Positions 29,638-40,533 of a stretch of 64,000 bases of DNA are shown here, in pieces. Source of the stretch: an uncultured Pelagibacteraceae bacterium (lineage in GTDB: Bacteria; Pseudomonadota; Alphaproteobacteria; Pelagibacterales; Pelagibacteraceae); contig CACPPD010000002.1 in NCBI GenBank assembly GCA_902635865.1, positions 90,887 through 154,886 on the forward strand, written 5' to 3'. Position numbers and translations under genes: made by a program. Under the pieces are notes generated by a model. It was given only the letters and a program-made list of their open reading frames with translations, was not told the origin of the DNA and did no database searches. Each line of letters opens with the position of its first letter. The first letter of the stretch is position 1.

Positions 29638-30816
29638 TTAATTTAATGCGGTTATACCAGGAAGGTTTTTACCTTCAAGATATTCTAAAAAAGCTCCACC
29701 TGCAGTTGAAACAAAATTAAATTCATTAACAGCATTTAAATTATTTAATAAAGAAACTGTATCTCCACCACCAACCACTGAAAAAATTTTGTTAACTTTA
29801 CTATTTTCAATTATTTTTTTTGCTATTTGAATACTTCCATAAGCAAAATTTGGATTTTCAAAATATCCTGCGGGTCCATTCCAAAGTATAGTTTTACTAT
29901 TATCAATAATTTTGGTTATTTTATCTATAGTTTTTGGCCCAATATCTAATATCATTTCATCAGATAATATTTTGTTTAATTCTTTATTTTGTGGAGATCC
30001 ATTTAAATCTTTAGATACAATCACATCCTCTGGATAGATTATTTTACATTTTTCTTTTTTTGAAAGAGAGATAATTTCTTCGACTATTATATCACAATTT
30101 TTTTCTTTAATTGATTTTCCAACATTATTTCCAAAATATTCTATAAAATTATTAGCCATACCTCCAACAATTATAATACTATCAAATTTAGTAATTAAAT
30201 TTTTAATAACATCGATCTTAGTTGAAATTTTAGACCCTCCAATAATACAAGTAATTGGTCTAACAATTTTAGAAGTTATTTTATTAAGTGCATTCACTTC
30301 CAAGTCTAGTTGTAACCCAGAAAAAGAGGGTAAGAATTTTGGAATTTTATAAATAGAGGCATGAGCTCTATGCGAACAAGAAAATGCGTCATTGACATAT
30401 ATATCTCCAAGATTTGATAACATTTCAGCAAATTTATTGTCATTTTGTTCTTCTTCAGAATAAAATCTAATATTTTCTAAAATAAAAATATCTTCATTAT
30501 AGTTATTGAAGAAATTTTTACTTTTAATTTGTTTAATATTTTCACTAACAAGTTTTACTTTTTTTCTTAATTTATTTTGCAATTCTTCACAAATTGGTTT
30601 TAAAGAGAGCTCTTTAACAATTTTACCTTTTGGTCTTCCAACATGAGATAAAATTATAATTTTAGCTTTTTCTTTAATCAAAAAATTTAATGTAGGAAGA
30701 ATTTTGTCGATTCTTGTTGTATCTGTTATCTTATCTCTTTTTAGAGGAACATTTAAATCTAGTCTTAATAATATTTTTTTATTGTTTAGATTTTTTTCAT
30801 TAATAATACTTCTCAT
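29638..30816 (-). CDS. pgk: Phosphoglycerate kinase
   Basis: RLDLNVP, NDAFSCSHRAHAS, WNGP, GGGDT, STAGGAFLE. Confidence 0.97.
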   Translation of the reverse strand: MRSIINEKNLNNKKILLRLDLNVPLKRDKITDTTRIDKILPTLNFLIKEKAKIIILSHVGRPKGKIVKELSLKPICEELQNKLRKKVKLVSENIKQIKSKNFFNNYNEDIFILENIRFYSEEEQNDNKFAEMLSNLGDIYVNDAFSCSHRAHASIYKIPKFLPSFSGLQLDLEVNALNKITSKIVRPITCIIGGSKISTKIDVIKNLITKFDSIIIVGGMANNFIEYFGNNVGKSIKEKNCDIIVEEIISLSKKEKCKIIYPEDVIVSKDLNGSPQNKELNKILSDEMILDIGPKTIDKITKIIDNSKTILWNGPAGYFENPNFAYGSIQIAKKIIENSKVNKIFSVVGGGDTVSLLNNLNAVNEFNFVSTAGGAFLEYLEGKNLPGITALN

Positions 30817-31823
30817 TAAGAGATTTTATGCAAAGTTTCAGCGATATCACACATTCTATTAGAAAAGCCCCATTCATTATCATACCAGGCCGATATTTTA
30901 CCCATAGTGCTTCCAACCACATTTGTTAAAGAAGCATCAATTATCGCTGAAGCAGGATTATGATTAAAATCTATAGATACTAATTTTTCATGGGTAACTT
31001 CTAAGATGTTTTTTAATTTATTTTTTGACGCTTGTTCAAATGCATCATTAATTTTTTTTATATTAATATCTTTTTTTGTACAAAAAACTAATTCAACAAG
31101 AGAAACATTAGGAGTAGGTACTCTCATCGCAACACCTTCTAGTTTCCCTTTTAGGTTTGGTATTATTTCTCCTACTGCTTTCGAAGCCCCTGTTGAGGTA
31201 GGAACTATTGATTGACTCGCAGATCTTGCTCTTCTTGGATCTTTGTGAGAATTATCTAAAATTCTCTGATCGCTAGTAAATGCATGAATTGTAGTTATAA
31301 AACCTTTTTCAATTTCAAAATTTTCATCAAGAACGCTGGTTACAGGTGCCAAACAATTAGTTGTGCACGAAGCTGCAGATATTATTTTATCCTCTTTAGT
31401 AATTATATTTTCATTAACACCAAACACTATTGTTTTATCAGCATTTTTACATGGAGCGGAAACGATCACTTTTTTTGCACCATTTTCTATATGAGCAAGA
31501 AGTTTTTCTTTAGAATTAAATTTTCCAGTACATTCGAAAACATAATCAACATCATGTTTTTTCCAATTTATGTCTTCAATTTTTGTTTCTTGAGAAAATG
31601 TAATTTTATTTTTATTAATTATTAAATGATTTGGATCATAATCTAAATCAGCATTTAATTTTCCATGCACAGAATCATATTTGATTAATTTAGATGTAGT
31701 TTCTGAATTTGATCTGTTGTTTATATGATTAATTTTTAAATTTTTATTTTTACTTTCGACAATTGATCTAACAACCATACGACCAATCCTTCCCATTCCA
31801 TTAATTCCAATTTTAATTGTCAT
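30816..31823 (-). CDS. gap: Glyceraldehyde-3-phosphate dehydrogenase, type I
   Basis: GINGMGRIGR, ASCTTNCLAP, RVPTPNVS, WYDNEWGFS. Confidence 0.95.
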   Translation of the reverse strand: MTIKIGINGMGRIGRMVVRSIVESKNKNLKINHINNRSNSETTSKLIKYDSVHGKLNADLDYDPNHLIINKNKITFSQETKIEDINWKKHDVDYVFECTGKFNSKEKLLAHIENGAKKVIVSAPCKNADKTIVFGVNENIITKEDKIISAASCTTNCLAPVTSVLDENFEIEKGFITTIHAFTSDQRILDNSHKDPRRARSASQSIVPTSTGASKAVGEIIPNLKGKLEGVAMRVPTPNVSLVELVFCTKKDINIKKINDAFEQASKNKLKNILEVTHEKLVSIDFNHNPASAIIDASLTNVVGSTMGKISAWYDNEWGFSNRMCDIAETLHKIS

Positions 31824-31824
31824 T

Positions 31825-33783
31825 TTATTTATTTAATAATTTTTTAGTTATATTTTTAATGTTTGTACTCTCTAGTCCAAAATATTTATAAATATCTTTA
31901 TAGGGTGCACTTTTTCCGAATTCATCAATTCCAAAAGCAATATCGTTGTCACCTACATATTTTTTCCAACAATCGCTTGATCCAGCTTCAATGGATATTT
32001 TAAATTTTGTTTCTTCTAAAATTTTATTTTTATAAGATTTTGATTGTAATTCAAAAAGTTCCATACAAGGCATTGATATCACTTTGGAATATATATTGTC
32101 TTTGGCTAATTTATGGCTAACCTCTAAAGCTAGATTAACTTCAGATCCACTCGCTAATATTGTTAGATTAATTTTTTTATTTGTTCTTAAAACCTCATAA
32201 GCACCTAATGAGCATAAGTTTTTATTTGAGTATGTTTTTCTTACTGGATTTAAATTTTGTCTTGTTAAAGATAGAACGCTAGGTGTTTTTGAGCTTTTTA
32301 ATGCATGTTCCCAACACTCGATAGTTTCAATTCTGTCTGCAGGTCTGAATACATTTAGGTTAGGTATAGCACGTAAGCCCGACAGCTGTTCTATAGGTTG
32401 ATGGGTAGGGCCATCTTCTCCGAGCCCAATAGAGTCATGAGTCATTACATAAATGACTCTCTTTTTCATTAAGGCTGACAATCTGATCGAAGGTTTACAA
32501 TAATCAGAAAATATTAAAAAAGTACCTCCATAAGGAATTAGATTACTGTGAAGTGCGATACCATTCATGATCCCACTCATTGCGTGTTCTCTCACTCCGT
32601 AGTGAATGTAGTCACCAGTAAAATCTCCTGGTTTAATTATTTTATGGTTTTTAGTTTTTGTATTATTTGATCCCGCTAAATCGGCAGAGCCACCAATTAA
32701 ATTATTTTTTTGTTTTGTTAATGCATTCAATGTCATTTCTGAACATTTTCTAGTAGCTAAACTTTTTGGCTCTTTTATTGCACTCTCTTTTTCTTTCTTA
32801 AGAACCGTAGTAAAGTTATTTTTTAAAGTTTGATTAAATTTTATTTTTTTTCTTTTAAATACTTTGTTCCATTTTTTTTCTAAAATTTCACCTCTTTGGC
32901 CAATTTTTCTCCATTCATTTAAAATTTTATTTGGGATATCAAAAGGTTTGGTTTTCCAATTTAAGGCTTTTCTTACAAGCTTAATTTCATCTGCTCCCAA
33001 TGGACTTCCATGAGATGATGCTTTTCCTGATTTATTCGGTGAACCATATCCAATCTTTGTTTTACAAGAAATCACAGTAGGTTTTTTAGCTTTTTGAATT
33101 TTTTTTAGTGCTTTAAAAATTTCTTTTTCATTATGACCGTTGATAGAAATATAATCCCAACCATATCCTTCAAATCTTTTTTTAAAATTATCTGAAACCG
33201 CGAGATTTGTTGGACCATCAATTGAAATTGAATTGTTATCAAATAGCATGACTAAATTTTTAAGTTTTAAATGTCCCGCTAAACTCATCGCTTCATGACT
33301 TATTCCCTCCATTAAGCATCCATCTCCAGCTAAAACATAAGTTTTGTGATTAATTAAATCTTTACCTAATTTATTTTTTAAAATTTCTTCAGCTAATGCA
33401 AAACCAACTGCATTAGATATACCTTGTCCAAGAGGACCTGTTGTAGTTTCAATACCTGTTTTTGGATGATATTCAGGATGTCCAGCACAAATAGAATTAA
33501 GCTGCCTAAATTTTTTAATATTATTAATTGATATGCTTTTATATCCGGTTAGATAAAGCAAAGAATATAAAAGCATAGAACCATGACCAGCAGACAAAAC
33601 AAATCTATCTCTATTTATCCAATCTGGATTCTTTGGATTAAATCTTAAAAAATTTTTGAATAACACTGTTGCAACATCTGCCATACCCATTGGCATTCCT
33701 GGGTGACCTGAATTTGCTTTTTGAACAGCATCAATTGATAAAAATCTGATGCAATTAGCTAAATCATTGTGTAGTTTGCTCAA
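31825..33783 (-). CDS. tkt: Transketolase
   Basis: SGHPGMPMG, TTGPLGQG, GDGCLMEG, GEDGPTHQP; TTG start with AGGA upstream. Confidence 0.98.
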   Translation of the reverse strand: MSKLHNDLANCIRFLSIDAVQKANSGHPGMPMGMADVATVLFKNFLRFNPKNPDWINRDRFVLSAGHGSMLLYSLLYLTGYKSISINNIKKFRQLNSICAGHPEYHPKTGIETTTGPLGQGISNAVGFALAEEILKNKLGKDLINHKTYVLAGDGCLMEGISHEAMSLAGHLKLKNLVMLFDNNSISIDGPTNLAVSDNFKKRFEGYGWDYISINGHNEKEIFKALKKIQKAKKPTVISCKTKIGYGSPNKSGKASSHGSPLGADEIKLVRKALNWKTKPFDIPNKILNEWRKIGQRGEILEKKWNKVFKRKKIKFNQTLKNNFTTVLKKEKESAIKEPKSLATRKCSEMTLNALTKQKNNLIGGSADLAGSNNTKTKNHKIIKPGDFTGDYIHYGVREHAMSGIMNGIALHSNLIPYGGTFLIFSDYCKPSIRLSALMKKRVIYVMTHDSIGLGEDGPTHQPIEQLSGLRAIPNLNVFRPADRIETIECWEHALKSSKTPSVLSLTRQNLNPVRKTYSNKNLCSLGAYEVLRTNKKINLTILASGSEVNLALEVSHKLAKDNIYSKVISMPCMELFELQSKSYKNKILEETKFKISIEAGSSDCWKKYVGDNDIAFGIDEFGKSAPYKDIYKYFGLESTNIKNITKKLLNK

Positions 33784-33795
33784 AATTATCCTGAC

Positions 33796-33824
33796 TAGAC
33801 TAAGAAGAATCTATTTAATAATAT
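33796..33824 (+). promoter_or_regulatory. Predicted sigma70 promoter for the zapA block
   Basis: TAGACT-N17-TAATAT, 12 nt before the ATG at 33837. Confidence 0.45.
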
Positions 33825-33836
33825 AAACATATATAT

Positions 33837-34160
33837 ATGAATTCTATAAACGAAAAAGAAAAAAAATTAAATATTGCATTAGAGGAATTAAAAAATTTAA
33901 ATCTAACAAATCCTGAATTACAAAAAAATATCGAAAATTTAAGCACAAAACAAAATCAATTAGAAATTGAAAAAACACAGATTGAAGAAAAATATAAAAT
34001 GTTACTCAAGGAACATGAAAATCTATCAAAAAAACTTGAGGATTTAAAAAACAAAGAAAAGTTGGAAGAAAGAAAACAAATTGAATTTTCTGAAAAAATT
34101 GACGAACTCAATCAAGAAACTGACACACTATTGGATGAAATAGATAAATGGCAAATGTAA
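33837..34160 (+). CDS. Coiled-coil protein upstream of zapA (ZapB/ZauP-like)
   Basis: All heptad-like E/K/L/N sequence; overlaps the zapA start. Confidence 0.6.
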   Translation: MNSINEKEKKLNIALEELKNLNLTNPELQKNIENLSTKQNQLEIEKTQIEEKYKMLLKEHENLSKKLEDLKNKEKLEERKQIEFSEKIDELNQETDTLLDEIDKWQM

Positions 34161-34594
34161 GTATTAAATTTAATAATAAAGAGTTTTTGCTCGCTTGTGA
34201 AGATGGACAAGAGGAGCACTTAGAAGAATTGTTAATTCAGATTAACAAAAAGTTTAATAATTTAAAAAATGATTTAGGAAATTTAGGTGAAAATAAATTA
34301 TTATTAATTACAGCTGTAAAAGTAATGGATGAATATTACGAAACTAAAAAAAAAGTAGATCAAAAAAAAGAAGAATTAAATGATCTATCAAAAAAATTTA
34401 AAGAACTAAAATCTCTAATTTATGATTATAGGGACACAAAAGAGTCTGAAATTGAAAAACTAAATCTCGATCATGAAAATTTAAAACAAGAAATTGACGA
34501 TAATCAAAAAAAATACGAAAATTTAATTGATGAAGCTGCTGATCAAATATCAAATTTTGTAAAAAAAGCAAAATTAGAAAATATTTCAAAGTAG
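34148..34594 (+). CDS. zapA: Cell division protein ZapA
   Basis: VSIKFNNKEFLLACEDGQEEHL; LLLITA; conserved position between tkt and ygfA. Confidence 0.88.
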   Translation: MANVSIKFNNKEFLLACEDGQEEHLEELLIQINKKFNNLKNDLGNLGENKLLLITAVKVMDEYYETKKKVDQKKEELNDLSKKFKELKSLIYDYRDTKESEIEKLNLDHENLKQEIDDNQKKYENLIDEAADQISNFVKKAKLENISK

Positions 34595-34598
34595 GTTT

Positions 34599-35144
34599 GT
34601 GAGTAAATTTAAGCTTAGACGTAAAATTTTAAATCTTAGAAAAAAAAATTCGAATAAAAAACTTAGTCTCAATACTCACAGAATTTATCGATTTTTAAAA
34701 AAAAATAAAATTAATTTCAAAAATGTAGGAGGGTATTATCCTTGTAATCATGAGATTGATGACTTGGATATGCTTTATTTTTTAAGAAACAAAAAGGCAA
34801 ATATTTCCTTACCAATAATTAGAGAAAATAACCAAATGGATTTTTTTGAATGGACAAATAAAGATCCTTTAAAAATTAATAAGTATGGAATTGCTGAGCC
34901 AGCTTTAGGAAAGAAAATTTACCCAGATATAATATTTGTTCCTTTAGTAGCTTATGATGATGATTTGAATAGATTAGGCTATGGTGGCGGATTTTATGAT
35001 CGTTATTTAGAAAAAGTATCTAAAATTAAAAAAATATTTAAAATTGGATTAGGATTTTCATACCAGGAGATAAAAAAAATACCTATTAACAAGTATGATA
35101 AGAAACTTGATTTAATAATAACTGAGAAAAAAATTATACAATGA
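34599..35144 (+). CDS. ygfA: 5-formyltetrahydrofolate cyclo-ligase
   Basis: YGIAEP, FVPLVAYD, RLGYGGGFYDRYL. Confidence 0.95.
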   Translation: MSKFKLRRKILNLRKKNSNKKLSLNTHRIYRFLKKNKINFKNVGGYYPCNHEIDDLDMLYFLRNKKANISLPIIRENNQMDFFEWTNKDPLKINKYGIAEPALGKKIYPDIIFVPLVAYDDDLNRLGYGGGFYDRYLEKVSKIKKIFKIGLGFSYQEIKKIPINKYDKKLDLIITEKKIIQ

Positions 35145-35944
35145 GAATTTTATTTTTAGGAGATGTTGTTGGAATTTCAGGATGTTCTAAATTAAAAAGT
35201 AATTTATTAAATGAAATTGATAAAAACAAAATCGATTTTGTAATTGTAAATGGTGAAAATGCAGCAGTTCAAGGTGTGGGGCTAACTAAAGAAATATGTA
35301 AGGATTTTTTTAATTGTGGAGTTGATGTTATTACAACCGGCAATCATGTTTGGGATCAAAAAGAAATTATGGAATTTATAAATAAAGAAGAAAGATTATT
35401 AAGACCTAAAAATTTATTTGAACCTGCACCAGGAAAAGGTTTTCAGATTTATAAAACAAAGAATGATATAAAAATTGGAGTTCTTAATTTGATGGGTAAC
35501 GTGTTTATGAAAAAGTGTGAAGATGTTTTTGAAGCTTCTCAAAAATTTTTAAAAGAAAATGAAATGAAAAAGGATTTTGATTTACTTGTAGTTGATTTCC
35601 ATGGTGAAATTACTAGCGAAAAAAATGCTATAGGACATCTATTTGATGGAAAGGCAACTCTCGTGGTTGGAACCCATACTCATATTCCAACAAATGATGC
35701 CAGAATACTTAATAATGGCACCGGGTATCAAACCGATGCAGGTATGTGTGGGGATTATGATTCAGTGATTGGAATGAATAAAGAAAATTCCTTGAATAGA
35801 TTTTTAAAAAAGAATTCAGTGAAACACTTTCCTGCTACTGGAGATGCTACTTTGTGTGGTGTTGTAGTAGATTGTGATATAAAAACAGGTTTAGCAATAG
35901 ACATCAAAAGCTATGTATACGGAGATCAACTAAAAAATATTTAA
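35141..35944 (+). CDS. ymdB: YmdB/TIGR00282 metallophosphoesterase
   Basis: FLGDVVG, NGENA, TGNHVWD, DFHGE, GTHTH. Confidence 0.93.
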   Translation: MRILFLGDVVGISGCSKLKSNLLNEIDKNKIDFVIVNGENAAVQGVGLTKEICKDFFNCGVDVITTGNHVWDQKEIMEFINKEERLLRPKNLFEPAPGKGFQIYKTKNDIKIGVLNLMGNVFMKKCEDVFEASQKFLKENEMKKDFDLLVVDFHGEITSEKNAIGHLFDGKATLVVGTHTHIPTNDARILNNGTGYQTDAGMCGDYDSVIGMNKENSLNRFLKKNSVKHFPATGDATLCGVVVDCDIKTGLAIDIKSYVYGDQLKNI

Positions 35945-35949
35945 AGATC

Positions 35950-36675
35950 ATGGCAGGACATTCACATTGGGCAGGAATAAAACATAAAAAAGGTAAGGCT
36001 GATAAGCAAAGATCAAAGATATTTTCAAAATTATCTAAAGAGATTACTGTTGCGGCAAAACTTGGTGACAAAGATCCAGCAATGAACCCTAGACTAAGAT
36101 CTGCAGTACAGGCTGCTAGATCTGCAAATATGCCTAAAGATAATATTGAAAGAGCAATAGATAAATCTTCTGCAGCTACAGGAGCAAATTTTGAAAATTT
36201 AAGATACGAGGGGTTTGGACCAGAAAAGATTGCTGTTATAGTTGAAACTTTAACAGACAACAAAAATAGGACCGCATCAAATATTAGAACTATTTTTCAA
36301 AAAAGTGGTGGGAGCTTAGGAACTCAAGGTTCAGCATCTCACAATTTTCAACAATTGGGTATAATCAAAATTGATAAAAAAGAGATATCTGATGAAAAAA
36401 TTTTAGAATTAGCAATTGAGTCAGGAGCTGATGAATGTTTCTCTTATGAGGAGTATCATGAGGTCCAGTGTCAAGTGAGCGAAATATATAATGTAAAAAA
36501 AAATCTTGAAAAAATTATTGTGAATTTTATTTCTACAGAAATTGAATGGATTCCGTTAAATAGTGTTGGAGTAAATAAAGATAATAAAGATAGTGTGGTA
36601 GATTTTTTAGAAACTCTTGAGGAAGATGACGATGTTCAAAACGTTTATTCAAACGTTAATTTAGGTGGTATTTAA
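35950..36675 (+). CDS. yebC: YebC/PmpR family protein
   Basis: MAGHSHWAGIKHKK, YEGFGP, TDNKNRT, DDDVQNVY. Confidence 0.97.
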   Translation: MAGHSHWAGIKHKKGKADKQRSKIFSKLSKEITVAAKLGDKDPAMNPRLRSAVQAARSANMPKDNIERAIDKSSAATGANFENLRYEGFGPEKIAVIVETLTDNKNRTASNIRTIFQKSGGSLGTQGSASHNFQQLGIIKIDKKEISDEKILELAIESGADECFSYEEYHEVQCQVSEIYNVKKNLEKIIVNFISTEIEWIPLNSVGVNKDNKDSVVDFLETLEEDDDVQNVYSNVNLGGI

Positions 36676-37169
36676 TGATGATTATTGGAATTGATCCAGG
36701 CATCTCAGGCTCAATCTGTTTTTTTCAAGATGGTATAATAAAAGATGTAATTGAAATGCCAACCATGACAGATGGTAAAAAGAACAAAAGACAAGTAAAT
36801 GGTCCTCAAATATTTAATGAAATTAGTGAAAGGATAAACAAATTTGATAAAAAAAACATAAAAGTTGTAATTGAACAAGTTTCTGCAATGCCTGGACAAG
36901 GCGTTACCAGCATGTTTAATTTTGGTCAATCTTTTGGTATTTTAAAGGGAATATGTAGCGCAATGCATTTACCTGTTTATTATGTCAGGCCTGCTAAGTG
37001 GAAAAAATATTTTAATCTTATTAATTCAGAAAAAGATGCTAGCAGAACAAGAGCTATTGAAATTTTTCCATATTTTTCATCACAATTGTCAAAAAAAAAA
37101 GATAACAACAAAGCAGATGCTATTCTAATAGCTAGTTTTTTCTACGAAACTTATCAAAAAGAAGAATAA
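36675..37169 (+). CDS. RuvC-fold Holliday junction resolvase, MOC1/phage-like type
   Basis: IIGIDPG, IEQVSAMPGQG, FNFG, WKK, KDASR, KADAILIA; occupies the ruvC position. Confidence 0.8.
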   Translation: MMIIGIDPGISGSICFFQDGIIKDVIEMPTMTDGKKNKRQVNGPQIFNEISERINKFDKKNIKVVIEQVSAMPGQGVTSMFNFGQSFGILKGICSAMHLPVYYVRPAKWKKYFNLINSEKDASRTRAIEIFPYFSSQLSKKKDNNKADAILIASFFYETYQKEE

Positions 37170-37222
37170 TCAATTTAAATTAAAAGACAAAATCATGACA
37201 CATTTACGTGTGATGAGTAAGC

Positions 37223-37897
37223 ATGGAAGCAGATATAGCAGCAAATGCAATTGAATTAGGAACAAATACTGATTTTTCATTATTCAGTTTATTTTTTAGA
37301 GCAGACATAATTGTTAAGTCTGTAATGATTATATTAATATTGTGCTCAATATATTCTTGGGCTGTAATTATTGAAAAGTTTCGATTATTCAAAAAAATAA
37401 CTAAATCTTCAGAGGAATTTGAACAAAAATTCTGGAATTCTAAATCTGCTGAAACTTTTTACAATAGTTTACCTAGTAAACTTGAAGATCCAATGTCACT
37501 TGTATTTCAAGATGCAATGGAAGGATTGCTTAAAAAAAAATCAAGAACCAATATTAGTGAGAGAATGAGTGCATCTTTAGAAGCTGGAATTGAAAAACAA
37601 ATGACAAAAATTGAAAAAGGTTTTACTTTTTTGGCAACAGTAGGCTCAACTGCACCATTTATTGGGTTGTTTGGAACTGTTTGGGGAATCATGAATTCTT
37701 TTCAATCCATAGCTATTTCAAGAAACACAAGTCTTGCTATAGTTGCGCCAGGAATAGCCGAAGCTTTATTTGCAACTGCACTTGGTTTATTGGCTGCAAT
37801 ACCAGCAGTAGTGGCATACAATAAATTTAATAATGATGCCAAAAAATATTTAGAAAAATTAGAAAATTTTTCAAAAAGATTTTTAACAATTATTTAA
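37223..37897 (+). CDS. tolQ: Tol-Pal protein TolQ
   Basis: LATVGSTAPFIGLFGTVWGIM, VAPGIAEAL. Confidence 0.96.
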   Translation: MEADIAANAIELGTNTDFSLFSLFFRADIIVKSVMIILILCSIYSWAVIIEKFRLFKKITKSSEEFEQKFWNSKSAETFYNSLPSKLEDPMSLVFQDAMEGLLKKKSRTNISERMSASLEAGIEKQMTKIEKGFTFLATVGSTAPFIGLFGTVWGIMNSFQSIAISRNTSLAIVAPGIAEALFATALGLLAAIPAVVAYNKFNNDAKKYLEKLENFSKRFLTII

Positions 37898-38314
37898 ATG
37901 GCATTTAAATTAAATCGTTCTTCTAAAGAACCAATGAGTGAAATAAATGTTACTCCTTTTGTGGATGTAATGCTTGTATTATTAATAATTTTTATGGTTA
38001 CAGCACCGTTGTTAACTGTTGGTGTTCAAGTTGATTTACCAGAAAGTTCAGCAGACTCTTTGCCAGAAGAGACAGAACCTTTAACACTTTCAATTAATGC
38101 AAAAGGTGAAATTTTTATTCAAGAAGCAAAAGTTGAATACGATAATATTATTGCAAAGGTTTTAGCGGTTTCAAAAAATAGAACTGATACCAGAATTTAT
38201 GTTAGAGGTGATAAAACTATAAATTATGGAAGAGTTTTAGAAATAATGGGATTACTGTCAGGATCTGGTTTTACTAAAGTTGCATTGATTTCAGAACCAT
38301 ATAAACAAAGGTAA
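37898..38314 (+). CDS. tolR: Tol-Pal protein TolR
   Basis: SEINVTPFVDVMLVLLIIFMVTAP. Confidence 0.96.
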   Translation: MAFKLNRSSKEPMSEINVTPFVDVMLVLLIIFMVTAPLLTVGVQVDLPESSADSLPEETEPLTLSINAKGEIFIQEAKVEYDNIIAKVLAVSKNRTDTRIYVRGDKTINYGRVLEIMGLLSGSGFTKVALISEPYKQR

Positions 38315-38319
38315 TTTAA

Positions 38320-39183
38320 GTGAATAGAAGTTTAATTATTTCTTCTGCTTTACATGCTTTGTTAATTTTTATTACAGCTATGAGCTTACCTTTTTTGGCA
38401 AAGAAACCACTAGATATTCCACCACTAGTATCAGTTGAGTTAATTCAAATAGCAGAAAAAACCAATATTCCATTTGCACCTAAGGCTAAAAAAATAATTG
38501 AGAAAGTAAAAGAGAAAGAAAAAAAACTTGTTTCAGAACAAGCTCCACCAAAAAAAGTAGAAAAAACGAAAACAAAAACTGTTCTGGCTCCTGATCAAAA
38601 TAATAAAAAAATAGAGAATGAAACGCCTGAGGCAATTCCACTTCCAGATAAAACTTTAAAAAAGGTTGAAACAAAAGAGGAAAAAAAACAAAATCCTGAA
38701 AAAGTAGATGATGAAGTTAAACAAGTATCAGAATTTGAAAAAAAAGATTTGTTTGATCCAAATAATATTGCTGCCTTAATTGATAAATCAAAAGAAGAGA
38801 GTGCAGAAGTTTTAAAAACAAATGATGACATTACTCAAGATCAAGAGAGAAATGTAGACAACACAGGTCTTACACTAAGCGAAGAGGATGCTCTTAAGGC
38901 CCAAATATTTGGGTGCTGGAGTATTCCATTAGGATTACCATACAATGAAAATTTATTGGTAAGAATAAAGTTAAAATTAAAACCTGATGGAACAGTATCA
39001 AAAACAGAAATTTTGGACCATGCAAGAATGAATAAACCAGGCCAAGGATTTTACAAGGTTTTAGCAGAAAGTGCTTTAAGAGCTGTCAAGTTATGCCAAC
39101 CATTAAGAGTTCCAACAACTGGATATGAAAGATGGAAAGAATTACAATTAAATTTTGATGCAAGAGAAATGTTAGAAGGGTAG
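38320..39183 (+). CDS. tolA: TolA
   Basis: N-terminal TM with SxxxH, K/E-rich linker, C-terminal domain (CWSIP...ESALRAV); position in operon. Confidence 0.88.
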   Translation: MNRSLIISSALHALLIFITAMSLPFLAKKPLDIPPLVSVELIQIAEKTNIPFAPKAKKIIEKVKEKEKKLVSEQAPPKKVEKTKTKTVLAPDQNNKKIENETPEAIPLPDKTLKKVETKEEKKQNPEKVDDEVKQVSEFEKKDLFDPNNIAALIDKSKEESAEVLKTNDDITQDQERNVDNTGLTLSEEDALKAQIFGCWSIPLGLPYNENLLVRIKLKLKPDGTVSKTEILDHARMNKPGQGFYKVLAESALRAVKLCQPLRVPTTGYERWKELQLNFDAREMLEG

Positions 39184-39192
39184 TATATTTAA

Positions 39193-40533
39193 ATGACAAA
39201 AAAAATTTTATTATTATTATTTATATTAATACCTATCAAAGCAGATGCTTTAATTGAAGTTGATATAACTAGGGGAAATTTAAATCCACTTCCATTAGCA
39301 GTTTCTCCCCTATCAATTGATGAAGAGTCTAGAAAAGGTTTTGAAAAAATACTTAAAAAAGAAAATATTGGCTCTGAGATATCAAATATCGTTGAGAATA
39401 ATTTGAGAACTTCGGGATTATTTAATCCTTTAGACAAAAAGGCTTTTTTACAAGCTCCTGATATTGCAAATTTAAAACCAAGATTTGAAGATTGGAATTT
39501 AATTAAAGCTCAAGCACTTATTACTGGCAAAGTAAATTATGTTGACGATAAATTAAGAGTTGAGTTTCGATTATGGGACGTTTTAGCTGCTAAAGAAATG
39601 ATGGCTTTAGCTTTTACCACAGTTCCTAACAATTGGAGAAGAGTAGGGCATATTATTTCTGATAAGGTTTACGAAAGGCTGACTGGAGAAAAAGGTTATT
39701 TTGATACAAGAATAATTTATGTCTCAGAAGAAGGACCAAAAACACAAAGAATAAAAAAATTAGCAATCATGGATCAAGACGGAGCTAACAATAAATTTTT
39801 GACATTAGGGAATGAGTTAGTTTTAACTCCAAGATTTAATCCAGCAAGTCAAATGGTAACCTATTTGTCTTACTTTAAAAATATGCCAAGGGTTTATTTA
39901 TTAGATATAGAAACTGGTACACAAGAGGTAGTTGGTGATTTTCCTGGAATGACGTTTGCACCACGTTTTTCACCTGACGGCAAAAAAATAATTATGAGTT
40001 TTGCTAAAGATGGAAAATCAGATATTTACACTATGGATTTAGAAAATAGAATTGTTGAAAAAATTACTAATCATCCATCAATTGACACTTCTCCATCCTA
40101 TTCTCCTGATGGAAAATATATTACATTTAATTCTGATAGAAGTGGTTATCAGCAAATTTATGTAATGAAGAATGATGGAAGTGATGTAAAAAGAATTTCT
40201 TTTGGTAACGGTTTATATGGAACACCTGTATGGTCTCCAAGGGGAGATTTAATTGCATTTACAAAATTACATAAAGGTAAATTTTATATAGGCGTAATGA
40301 GAATCGATGGTAGTGGTGAAAGATTGTTAACTGAAAATTATTATCAAGAAGCACCATCTTGGTCTCCAAACGGAAGGGTATTAATATTTTATAGAGAGAC
40401 AAAAACTAACTCCAAAGGAGAAGGTTTTTCTGCAAAATTGTGGTCAATAGATTTAACGGGTTATAATGAGAGGCAAATAAAGACACCAACAGATGCTTCA
40501 GACCCATCATGGTCATCTTTATTAAGTAATTAA
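39193..40533 (+). CDS. tolB: TolB
   Basis: Signal peptide; GYFDTRI; PD40 repeats (PRFSPDG, PSYSPDG, PVWSPRG). Confidence 0.97.
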   Translation: MTKKILLLLFILIPIKADALIEVDITRGNLNPLPLAVSPLSIDEESRKGFEKILKKENIGSEISNIVENNLRTSGLFNPLDKKAFLQAPDIANLKPRFEDWNLIKAQALITGKVNYVDDKLRVEFRLWDVLAAKEMMALAFTTVPNNWRRVGHIISDKVYERLTGEKGYFDTRIIYVSEEGPKTQRIKKLAIMDQDGANNKFLTLGNELVLTPRFNPASQMVTYLSYFKNMPRVYLLDIETGTQEVVGDFPGMTFAPRFSPDGKKIIMSFAKDGKSDIYTMDLENRIVEKITNHPSIDTSPSYSPDGKYITFNSDRSGYQQIYVMKNDGSDVKRISFGNGLYGTPVWSPRGDLIAFTKLHKGKFYIGVMRIDGSGERLLTENYYQEAPSWSPNGRVLIFYRETKTNSKGEGFSAKLWSIDLTGYNERQIKTPTDASDPSWSSLLSN

